A DNA stretch of 20,000 nucleotides from an uncultured virus (IMG/VR IMGVR_UViG_650716090_000002) (IMGVR_UViG_650716090_000002), one strand, 5' to 3'; numbered from the stretch's first letter, positions 1 through 7,147 are shown. Translations and numbers: made by a program. The notes: generated by a model from the sequence alone, not told the origin.

Positions 1-193
1 ATTCTTTAATTCGTTTCTCCAATCGTTCAAAACGTTCAATAAAGATTTCTCTAGTTTCTAAAAGTTTTAATTCTGACTGTTCGATTTTGTTTTCTAAACA
101 CTTAATATAATTATCAACTTCTTTCAGCCAATCATTGTGTACTTCAACTAATCTATCTTTTTCTTCATTTAAATATTTATCGTATGCTATCAT
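1..193 (-). CDS. Hypothetical coiled-coil protein, truncated at the window edge (MIAYDKYLNEEKDRLVEVHNDWLKEVDNY...)
   Basis: Translated by hand: ATG at 193, AGGAG RBS at 203-199, frame open to position 1. Confidence 0.7.
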   Translation of the reverse strand, partial: MIAYDKYLNEEKDRLVEVHNDWLKEVDNYIKCLENKIEQSELKLLETREIFIERFERLEKRIKE

Positions 194-204
194 TTTTTCT
201 CCTA

Positions 205-348
205 TCATCGTTTCTCAATAGATATAAGTGCAACACAGATACCTAATAAAATAGGCATATACCAGTTACCAAAATTAAAACCAGTTGTTTCACAAAAAAT
301 ATAATATAATCCAATGTATCCAGTCCATTTATACCAATTTGTTTTCAC
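205..348 (-). CDS. Small hydrophobic protein, 47 aa (MKTNWYKWTGYIGLYYIFCETTGFNFGNWYMPILLGICVALISIEKR)
   Basis: Not in the ORF track. GTG start overlaps the upstream stop (GTGA), AGGAGG RBS at 360-355, fills the gap in the operon. Confidence 0.65.
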   Translation of the reverse strand: MKTNWYKWTGYIGLYYIFCETTGFNFGNWYMPILLGICVALISIEKR

Positions 349-629
349 TTCATCCCTCCTTTGAGTCTGTTCAATTTTTCTTTAAATTCTTTTTCATGCA
401 ATTCATAATCAGATTTTGCTTTTTGGAAATTTCTATCCATTTCTTGCATACGGATATCGTGCTTAAACTTCGCAACATATTTCCCGGCGTTATAATTCAT
501 GATTAAAATAAATACGATAAAAGAAATTATCAGTGCCATAACTATCAAAAACGGCACAAATACAATAAACCAAGACACTTTAATAACTCCAAGCGCCTTA
601 AGCAAAAATAATATAAAAGTCAATATCAT
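345..629 (-). CDS. Membrane protein with two N-terminal hydrophobic segments and a charged coiled-coil tail
   Basis: ORF track; abuts the upstream stop; hydrophobic N-terminus. Confidence 0.75.
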   Translation of the reverse strand: MILTFILFLLKALGVIKVSWFIVFVPFLIVMALIISFIVFILIMNYNAGKYVAKFKHDIRMQEMDRNFQKAKSDYELHEKEFKEKLNRLKGGMK

Positions 630-917
630 CTATTGTCCACCCCTTACAAATGAAAAGTCATTATCTTTAAGAACTTGATACAATACCTTTCCTACACGGT
701 CAATCACTTCTTCTTGATCATCATAACCAGCCTCTTTAAAGCAACCATGGAGTATTTCATGCACTAGTGTTTGTTCCTCGACTTGTTTAGATAGCCACTT
801 TTCAAGTTCTATCTTAGCTTCATAATATTTAATTCTACCAATAACATCTTCTTTAATTGCTAAATCATTGACTTTTACTATCTCATATGTCAAACCTCCA
901 ATTTTAACGTTTTTCAT
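630..917 (-). CDS. Small HExxH (ImmA/IrrE-like) metallopeptidase-motif phage protein
   Basis: QTLVHEILHG motif followed by EE; AGGGG RBS. Confidence 0.7.
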   Translation of the reverse strand: MKNVKIGGLTYEIVKVNDLAIKEDVIGRIKYYEAKIELEKWLSKQVEEQTLVHEILHGCFKEAGYDDQEEVIDRVGKVLYQVLKDNDFSFVRGGQ

Positions 918-1038
918 TTTTATCCCCTAACTGTTCTTTAATAACATTGTAAGTACTCACAATAATTGCAAGCGCAATTACTAATGCAATCAAAAATAAA
1001 ATAAATCCACATAATTCACTAAATAAAGTCCAAAACAT
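904..1038 (-). CDS. Small single-TM protein, 44 aa (MFWTLFSELCGFILFLIALVIALAIIVSTYNVIKEQLGDKNEKR)
   Basis: Translated by hand; TAATG stop/start coupling with the head morphogenesis gene; AAGGAG RBS. Confidence 0.7.
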   Translation of the reverse strand: MFWTLFSELCGFILFLIALVIALAIIVSTYNVIKEQLGDKNEKR

Positions 1039-1958
1039 TAGCTATTCTCCTTTTCGTATCTGTCTACATAATCATCTGGGATAACCATTGCAAAAGTGCT
1101 CCGGCAATTAGCGTGCATTGGTGGGAAGTTTACTCCGACTTGCTTAGTTTTCATTGGGAATTTTTGTCCATCAAGCCCTTTGCATAATGAAGAGGTATGA
1201 CCGTCTAACACAGCTACGAACTCGAACTCGTCATACAGCCCACTGTCTTCAAATGGCTTCATCATTGCTTGGTTGTTGATATAAGTACCTTCGGTTGTTA
1301 ACAACCTATTTAAATTACTGTTTGACTGCTTGTTGAACCTATCTCGTAATTGTTTTGTTAACTTGTCAAAGCTATCTCCTCGGATAATGCCATTTTTAAA
1401 GTCGGTTGTTAGATAATTAACCAACTTTTGTTTATTCCCCCAAATCGCTTCGGAAAAATCTCCTTGACCAGTCCAATTATCACGGATTAAAGTTTCAACT
1501 GCTACGTCATCAATCTTAAAGCCCATTGTTTTTGCTGTTTCTTTATAACCTTTTTTAAACGTCTTAGCTAAATGAGCACTAACAGCTTCTTGTTCAATTG
1601 CTCCAATTTCTAATTGTTGCATCTTGATACTTAATTCAAGCCCTTGAAGTCTATCTAATTTATAAATAGAACCACGGATAGGAGCTAAATCTTTGTACTG
1701 TGGATATTTTTTAACAAAATTATCATAATTCTTATAGAGCAAGTCTCTATCTTCTTTTGATAGTTTTTGCAATAAGTCCCTATACTCGATTACATTATCT
1801 TTTCCATACTTGCTAAAATACACCCCTATTTCACGTTCTAAGAGCGTTTCTTGTTTAGAGTAGTATTTGTTCATCTTATCTTTCAAAAGGCTCTCGTCAT
1901 GCTCTAAAGAGGTCCACAGTTCATTCTGTCTTTTTTTCCAATAATTATGTTTGTTCAT
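1038..1958 (-). CDS. Minor capsid / head morphogenesis protein (SPP1 gp7 / Mu gpF family)
   Basis: YWKKR N-terminus; AVLDGHTSSLCKGLDG and NFPPMHANCRS motifs; follows portal. ATG at 1958 preferred over TTG at 1964. Confidence 0.92.
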   Translation of the reverse strand: MNKHNYWKKRQNELWTSLEHDESLLKDKMNKYYSKQETLLEREIGVYFSKYGKDNVIEYRDLLQKLSKEDRDLLYKNYDNFVKKYPQYKDLAPIRGSIYKLDRLQGLELSIKMQQLEIGAIEQEAVSAHLAKTFKKGYKETAKTMGFKIDDVAVETLIRDNWTGQGDFSEAIWGNKQKLVNYLTTDFKNGIIRGDSFDKLTKQLRDRFNKQSNSNLNRLLTTEGTYINNQAMMKPFEDSGLYDEFEFVAVLDGHTSSLCKGLDGQKFPMKTKQVGVNFPPMHANCRSTFAMVIPDDYVDRYEKENS

Positions 1959-3255
1959 TAGCAATTACCCTTGGGATATATGGACTGATTTCTTCTTGTT
2001 CTTTTTTGATGCGCTCTAATTCTGACTTTGGATTATCTATATTAGATAATATAGCAAACAATGCTTCGTCAGAAATAATGCCTTTCAATGCACCTACAAT
2101 TTGACTTTCCTCTAACAGGTTAGATGGCACGTTACGAGTGAATTTATATTTAATAGATGCCCATTCATCGCCTGAAATATCAGATGTCGGAAACGTTGAG
2201 ATAATCTTGTATCGTCTATTCATCCCAGACGTGAATTTACGCTCTTTTGTTTTTGCTAAATTATCCATAGCCTGCAACTTGTATCTTAGTGACACTCCAC
2301 TAGAATTGCCAAAGTTTTCATCCGATAAATTAACCACCATAGCAGTTCTAAAAATCAGATCTTCTAAACGATTGAGCAAATTTTCCTGCGTTCCATCTGC
2401 ATCTGGTTTTTGTAAAAACTCAACTATCAAATTTTTTGAATTATCATCTTTCAGATTAATAATTCTGCTATCCCGTAAAGTTTTTAGGTTTTCTTCTTCT
2501 AATTCTGCACCTAATACCAACAAATAAGCATCTGCGTAGTATTCGACATCATTAGCTTTCTCTGAAAGTGCTTTATTAAATGCATTAATCAAGGTGATAA
2601 CATTGTCAAACGCGCCTTTCTTTTCCTCGTTTTCAACATATTCAACCATTGGCACACCGTCAAAGTTATGCGCTTGAGGTTCACTAAAATCATATCCGTC
2701 TTTACCTAAAATAAAATAGGTGATTGTACGATTGTCTGAAAAAGTACCCTCAATCAGTCCGTCTTTATTTTTAAAGTATCGAACTGCAAAGAGAGGTATC
2801 TCTCTAATTGAGTCATCATAAATCATAAATGCGTCCATTGGTGTTAGATATGTCATACCAATCTTTGCAGTTTCATCAGAAAATATAAGCTCATATCCAT
2901 GACCATAGATGGAACATATCTTAGATAACTCTGCATTATTGTCGTCTTGGTCATTATATCCATCTAAAAACTCAAGATACTTATTAACTTTATCATTATC
3001 GTGACTTACTTTAATTGGATTCCCGATAAAATACCCATTGAATGTGTCAACAATATACTTTGCAAAGTTAACAACCAATCTGTTATCTGGCTTATATTTT
3101 TCTTTTGCTTCTTGTTCTAAAATGTCATGCAAGCCCTCATACATTTTCTTTCGTTTTAAATAGTGTGGAACAAGTTTTGAGTGCTCAGCAATTGCCTGTG
3201 TCAGCAACTCACTTGTCATTTCTGTATCTCTTGGTTGTATAAAAATATTTGACAC
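1945..3255 (-). CDS. Phage portal protein, SPP1 gp6-like
   Basis: 436 aa; DNRLVVNFAKYIVD, YGHGYELI and FGNSSGVSLRYK motifs; directly after terL. Confidence 0.95.
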   Translation of the reverse strand: MSNIFIQPRDTEMTSELLTQAIAEHSKLVPHYLKRKKMYEGLHDILEQEAKEKYKPDNRLVVNFAKYIVDTFNGYFIGNPIKVSHDNDKVNKYLEFLDGYNDQDDNNAELSKICSIYGHGYELIFSDETAKIGMTYLTPMDAFMIYDDSIREIPLFAVRYFKNKDGLIEGTFSDNRTITYFILGKDGYDFSEPQAHNFDGVPMVEYVENEEKKGAFDNVITLINAFNKALSEKANDVEYYADAYLLVLGAELEEENLKTLRDSRIINLKDDNSKNLIVEFLQKPDADGTQENLLNRLEDLIFRTAMVVNLSDENFGNSSGVSLRYKLQAMDNLAKTKERKFTSGMNRRYKIISTFPTSDISGDEWASIKYKFTRNVPSNLLEESQIVGALKGIISDEALFAILSNIDNPKSELERIKKEQEEISPYIPRVIANEQT

Positions 3256-4475
3256 TAGATCCCCCCTCTAAATGTTTTAACTATTGTTTTACTGTGCGCA
3301 TCGCTATATATTGCATATCTCAAAGCATCAAGAACATCATCATATTCTTTTAACGGTTCATCTTTTGTGCTATTAGGTTTCCACTTATACTGATAAATCT
3401 CATCAAAAAAGCGAGGAATTACTTCACGCTTGATAAATAACTTATTTTCTTTAAACTTTTTAGCAACATCTTCTATACCAGCGATTACTGCTTTTTTTGC
3501 ATTTCTTGCCTTTAGCTTTTCTTTTTTAAACCTAGCGACATGCTCTGGCCTTGCTGAGTCAGCCCAAAAGACTACATCGCCATATTTAGCTTTGAACTCT
3601 TTTGCTCTATCAACCCACCAATCGATTTCTTTGTACTGTTCTGATATGCCATCAACAAGATATTGATTCCCTTTGATGTCTTCGCCAATAATCACAATTG
3701 AACCGTAGTGGTCATAACCCCAGTCAACGCCAGCAAAATAACGCTCCATCTCTGGTAAGTTATCCACAATGTGAATATCTTTGTTGAAATCGCTATAAAT
3801 TGCACCTTCAGCAATTGTCCAAAGGCCTAAAATATCTCTATCGTAAAACTTACCGTTGGGAGTTGCTGATTTGATGTTCTCGATATATCTTTTTGAAAGA
3901 AACGTGTTGTCATCTAACTTAAAAGCAAAATCGATGATCATCTTGTCTTTATTATTGATATAGTCACGATTAAGCCAATGGTTGGGATTGTCTGGATTGC
4001 TATCCCATACTATACGCGCATCAGTCCCAGAACACCGTGAAATGATTTCTTTGAACACTACTTCGTTAGCAAGTGACGCCTCGTTTACATAAGCACCAAA
4101 AGAAGTAAAACCACGAGCACGTTTTAGTCCACTGATTGAACCAGTATAGACTTGAACGACTTTAACACCTCTAAAAGTGAAAGAGCCATGTTTATCATAC
4201 TTAGGTTCGAAACCATATTTATTGTATAGCTCTTGCAACACGTTGTTTTGAATACTTGTTGAAGACGTGCCAGCTAATATATACATTGGTTCATCTATGC
4301 CTAATCTATCCGCTATGGATCGCACACGGTCAAGCTCAGTTATAAACGTGTCATTATTAACAACAGTCTTACCTGCTCGCTTAGCACCATGCAACCCGCA
4401 AATAAACCAGTCGTGGTTCCAAATATAACTAAGCACTTCTAATTGTCTAGGTGTGTAGATATCAGATAGGCTCAT
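3255..4475 (-). CDS. terL: Terminase large subunit, PBSX family
   Basis: Walker A GAKRAGKT, Walker B-like AYVNE, DSNP coupling motif, nuclease motifs GVDWG and DDVLDALRY. Confidence 0.95.
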   Translation of the reverse strand: MSLSDIYTPRQLEVLSYIWNHDWFICGLHGAKRAGKTVVNNDTFITELDRVRSIADRLGIDEPMYILAGTSSTSIQNNVLQELYNKYGFEPKYDKHGSFTFRGVKVVQVYTGSISGLKRARGFTSFGAYVNEASLANEVVFKEIISRCSGTDARIVWDSNPDNPNHWLNRDYINNKDKMIIDFAFKLDDNTFLSKRYIENIKSATPNGKFYDRDILGLWTIAEGAIYSDFNKDIHIVDNLPEMERYFAGVDWGYDHYGSIVIIGEDIKGNQYLVDGISEQYKEIDWWVDRAKEFKAKYGDVVFWADSARPEHVARFKKEKLKARNAKKAVIAGIEDVAKKFKENKLFIKREVIPRFFDEIYQYKWKPNSTKDEPLKEYDDVLDALRYAIYSDAHSKTIVKTFRGGI

Positions 4476-4950
4476 CAGAAATAGCCTCCTTGATTTTATT
4501 CATCAAGTTCGAAATCTTATCGTCTTGTCCTTCATCGCCACCAACTTGTAATTTAAGTTTATCGATTTCAAGTTGCATTTTTTCTGCTTGTTTAGATGTT
4601 GGATAACGCTTGAGAATTTCAACTATCGCTTTAATAACTGTGTTATTATCAGGCTTTTTAAATATTCGATTAACTTCTCCAGTTATAGGGTTCATCATCA
4701 GGATTTCTTCTTCACGCTTACCTTTTGCGATGTCGGAAAGTATCGATAAAGCTTCAGTAGCTGTTAAAATATTTTCAGACTGCATCTTCTCGACTTGATT
4801 TTCAATATATGATTTTATCCCTACATTTCCCAACAATTCTTTAGATCGTTTGTTTGCATAATTTTCACTATAACCAGCCTTGATTGCTGATTGGTAAGCA
4901 TTCCCAGAAGCGATATACTCATCTGCGAATTGTCTTTGTCTTTCGTTTAT
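4462..4950 (-). CDS. terS: Terminase small subunit (162 aa if started at ATA 4950)
   Basis: Frame extends 38 codons upstream of the track start and encodes the typical TerS HTH N-terminus (NERQRQFADEYIASGNAYQSAIKAGYS). AAAGGAG RBS at 4966-4960; in-frame TAG at 4956-4954. Confidence 0.85.
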   Translation of the reverse strand: MNERQRQFADEYIASGNAYQSAIKAGYSENYANKRSKELLGNVGIKSYIENQVEKMQSENILTATEALSILSDIAKGKREEEILMMNPITGEVNRIFKKPDNNTVIKAIVEILKRYPTSKQAEKMQLEIDKLKLQVGGDEGQDDKISNLMNKIKEAISDEPI

Positions 4951-4977
4951 TTTCTATCACTCCTTTCAATGCATAAT

Positions 4978-5000
4978 AAAAAGCCACTCAATGAGTGACT
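4978..5000 (-). terminator. Intrinsic terminator closing the structured RNA, upstream of terS
   Basis: AGTCACTCA-T-TGAGTGGCT inverted repeat followed by a T run on the minus strand. Confidence 0.7.
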
Positions 5001-5078
5001 AATTGCATATTAAGTTAGAGCGATATGCTATTCTCTAACCCCTTCGCGCTATGACCTCGTAAGGATTCATACGCTCTA

Positions 5079-5182
5079 TAGGAACAGTCGGATTCGAACC
5101 GACACTATCTCATATAGGAAGCTAGCCTATGAGCACGTATATCTATCCACGTATCAGTATTCCTCACTGATTTATATTCCTA
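5079..5182 (-). ncRNA. tRNA-like module with acceptor stem, T-arm and three internal hairpins (non-canonical cloverleaf)
   Basis: TAGGAATA/TGTTCCTA stem stacked on GTCGG-TTCGAAT-CCGAC; internal hairpins ATCAGT/ACTGAT, ACGTG/TACGT and CTCATAGG/CCTAT(AT)GAG. Confidence 0.65.
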
Positions 5183-5392
5183 ACCACTTCCACCATCTTA
5201 CACAATAGGCTAGTCATCCTATTTATGTGTGACAATGTATGACACTGAAAGCATAGTCAACTCCACTCGGCATTTGCCCGTCAGCGGTTTTACCAATCGT
5301 CATTGGAAGGAATATGACTATCAACCTCAGTAAAAACCAACACGTCAGTACGTAACTGCCTTTCGGAATGTTGGGTAGCTCTTTCGAGCAGA

Positions 5393-5433
5393 CAACCATT
5401 GCACGAATCGAACGTGCGTCGCCAGTATGGTTA
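5393..5433 (-). ncRNA. Mini tRNA-like module (acceptor stem + T-arm, no D or anticodon arm)
   Basis: TAACCAT-ACTGGCGAC-GCACG-TTCGATT-CGTGC-A-ATGGTTG. Confidence 0.65.
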
Positions 5434-5469
5434 CAGCAAATATCTAAAGCGGTCTGTTTTTAAGACCTA

Positions 5470-5517
5470 TTGAGATAGCAGGAATCGAACCTGCGATACT
5501 TCCAATGATTATCTCAA
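5470..5517 (-). ncRNA. Mini tRNA-like module (acceptor stem + T-arm)
   Basis: TTGAGATA-ATCATTGGAAGTATC-GCAGG-TTCGATT-CCTGC-TATCTCAA. Confidence 0.65.
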
Positions 5518-5640
5518 CTGGTTCCCGTTGGGGTACCGTTCCAATTCAAAATAGTAAGTTCGATTTATTTATAAGTAATCGTCTAATCATATGTAGACCA
5601 GTTGTTAATTGTTATCTCTTCTTACTATTTCGATAATATA

Positions 5641-5660
5641 ATAATAACACGTATTATTAT
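5641..5660 (-). promoter_or_regulatory. Probable late promoter: extended -10 (TG-T-TATTAT) within a 20-bp near-palindrome
   Basis: ATAATAATAC/GTGTTATTAT directly after the arpU stop; no good -35, consistent with an activator-dependent promoter; predicted +1 (~5634) coincides with the first helix of the structured RNA. Confidence 0.55.
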
Positions 5661-5667
5661 GCATAAA

Positions 5668-6117
5668 CTATTCATTTACTGTATAAAAACTAGCCTCTTT
5701 CTCCACAATTAGAGAACCCTCTCGATACAGTTCCGCAAAGGCTAATAAAGCTATTTCTAGCTCATCATAATACATGCTCTCAGATATACATAATTCTGCA
5801 TAAATCATCTTATCAGATTTTTTATAATTACTTAGATACTTGTCGTATAAGATTTTTCTTCTTTCCGCTTCAAGTATATTGCTTACCGCTTGTTCAATTG
5901 CTTCAAGTTCGCTCTCTGCATCCACTCTAGTAATTGCCAATCTCTCAACTGGTTTACTAGGTGCGCCGTGAGCTTGTCTTGGCTCAAATGAATAAGTAGC
6001 TGTTATCTTTTGTTTGTCCACATCTTGAGCGATTCGTCTCCAACGTGGATATTCTCTTAGTTTACGCTTTGCATTTGCTTTGGTTTTCTTTTCGTCAATC
6101 TCTGGAAAAAACATCAA
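5668..6117 (-). CDS. arpU: ArpU-family phage late transcriptional regulator
   Basis: FPEIDEKKTKANAKRKLREYPRWRRIA N-terminus, C-terminal HTH ending ALLAFAELY; located before the packaging module. Confidence 0.9.
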   Translation of the reverse strand: MMFFPEIDEKKTKANAKRKLREYPRWRRIAQDVDKQKITATYSFEPRQAHGAPSKPVERLAITRVDAESELEAIEQAVSNILEAERRKILYDKYLSNYKKSDKMIYAELCISESMYYDELEIALLAFAELYREGSLIVEKEASFYTVNE

Positions 6118-6131
6118 TCAGCCCCCATTTA

Positions 6132-6188
6132 TGGTATAATATAGTTACGAACATATACCAAGGCGCTCTTTCGTGGGGCGCTTTTTGT
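6132..6188 (+). ncRNA. Short antisense transcription unit opposite the arpU leader
   Basis: TGGTATAAT at 6132-6140, then terminator GGCGCTCT-TTCG-TGGGGCGC-TTTTT at about 6162-6186. Confidence 0.55.
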
Positions 6189-6353
6189 TGTCTTATCGGA
6201 GTAGCTATACCTCTTTTCTTTTTTATTTTCGGACAGGCACACGATCCGCATTGAAATTCTCACGATGCCTTACTTAATTTCAGATAACCGATAATCTGAT
6301 TTAGATTAGTATTTATGGCGTAAGGAGACCTCCATTTTTTAATTTCGGTTAAT

Positions 6354-6394
6354 ACCAACCGCAGGAATCGAACCTGCGTGATACCTTTGTTGGT
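6354..6394 (-). ncRNA. Fourth mini tRNA-like module, upstream of arpU
   Basis: ACCAAC-AAAGGTATCAC-GCAGG-TTCGATT-CCTGC-G-GTTGGT; 17-nt T-arm identical to the 5470-5517 module. Confidence 0.65.
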
Positions 6395-6570
6395 TATAAT
6401 TCTTTAAGTGGCACAAATTTAAATTGTGGAAACTGTTCTGCTTCTTTACGTGTGATATGACGTGCTTTATTGATATTCATTGTCATGACTAAAAAACCAG
6501 CCCTACTTCTCCACAGAACGTAATAATTTTCATCTATTTTTGACTGCAACACTCCTAATTCTTCGTTCAC
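6394..6570 (-). CDS. Small phage protein, 58 aa, paralog of 7386-7604 (MNEELGVLQSKID...TRKEAEQFPQFKFVPLKEL)
   Basis: Translated by hand; GTGA coupling to the upstream gene; shares both termini with 7386-7604. Confidence 0.8.
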   Translation of the reverse strand: MNEELGVLQSKIDENYYVLWRSRAGFLVMTMNINKARHITRKEAEQFPQFKFVPLKEL

Positions 6571-6935
6571 TCCTCTACCTCTTTTACTTCGTAGTTAGGA
6601 TTTTCAAACACTTCTTCAAATCCTATTCTTTTTAATTGTGTACGTGTAAATTTATGACTAAATTGAGGTGCATAATCGTCAGTATCAGACCAAAAGCATT
6701 TGCCTGTTTCGCTGTCGTAATTAAGAACATTGACACATTCATCCAATCTTTTATCAACAACTATGTATCTTGTTTCATCAGCCATAAGTTCCAAATAAAG
6801 TTCAGGGATTTCAAATCTTGTTCCGTTTGGCAACTCTAGAACAAGTTTTGGATTAGACCAAGAAGAATCAAGAAAACTTCTCTCTTCTTCAATGACTCTT
6901 GCAGTTAGTTTAACTTCTTTTCCTAAATAGCTCAT
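6567..6935 (-). CDS. Hypothetical phage protein
   Basis: ORF track; ATGA coupling; EVKEVEE tail carries the next RBS. Confidence 0.8.
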   Translation of the reverse strand: MSYLGKEVKLTARVIEEERSFLDSSWSNPKLVLELPNGTRFEIPELYLELMADETRYIVVDKRLDECVNVLNYDSETGKCFWSDTDDYAPQFSHKFTRTQLKRIGFEEVFENPNYEVKEVEE

Positions 6936-7147
6936 CCCTCTACCTCCTCAATCTCAAACCAATGTTTATTCCCACCGTAATCAATCCGTGTAACGTTTTT
7001 ATCCTCTACTAAGTCAAATCCATAGGCACCAAATTTAAACTCGTTACGGCACACGTCGTGGAATCCTTGGATTGCTTGATCCTTAGTTTCAAAGCTACCT
7101 TTTAAAATGCGTTCTGCATCGTCACAGTAATATAAGTTGTATGTCAT
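6932..7147 (-). CDS. Hypothetical phage protein (likely start MTYNLYY)
   Basis: ORF track 6932..7168; ATGA overlap at 7147-7144 with GAGGGA RBS. Confidence 0.75.
   Translation of the reverse strand: MTYNLYYCDDAERILKGSFETKDQAIQGFHDVCRNEFKFGAYGFDLVEDKNVTRIDYGGNKHWFEIEEVEG

Larger units (their letters stand above)
4978..5634 (-). ncRNA. Candidate large, highly structured non-coding RNA (~650 nt) containing three tRNA-like acceptor/T-arm modules
   Basis: No ORF of 60 aa or more; more than 15 helices; GAAA tetraloops; three TTCGAWT loops on 5-bp stems; several loop-to-distal complementarities; promoter and terminator at the ends. Confidence 0.75.

Noticed and set aside
4978..5634. Naming the large RNA GOLLD, ROOL or tmRNA
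   Set aside because: Size and context fit GOLLD/ROOL, but I cannot verify their consensus motifs by eye. No tmRNA GGGG 5' end or tag ORF is evident. Needs cmscan.
6045..6254. 69-aa plus-strand ORF over the arpU start
   Set aside because: Overlaps arpU and runs through a terminator; no RBS
5079..6394. Calling the four GTTCGA-containing elements tRNA genes
   Set aside because: Three lack D and anticodon arms entirely; the fourth has no canonical anticodon arm, so no isotype can be assigned
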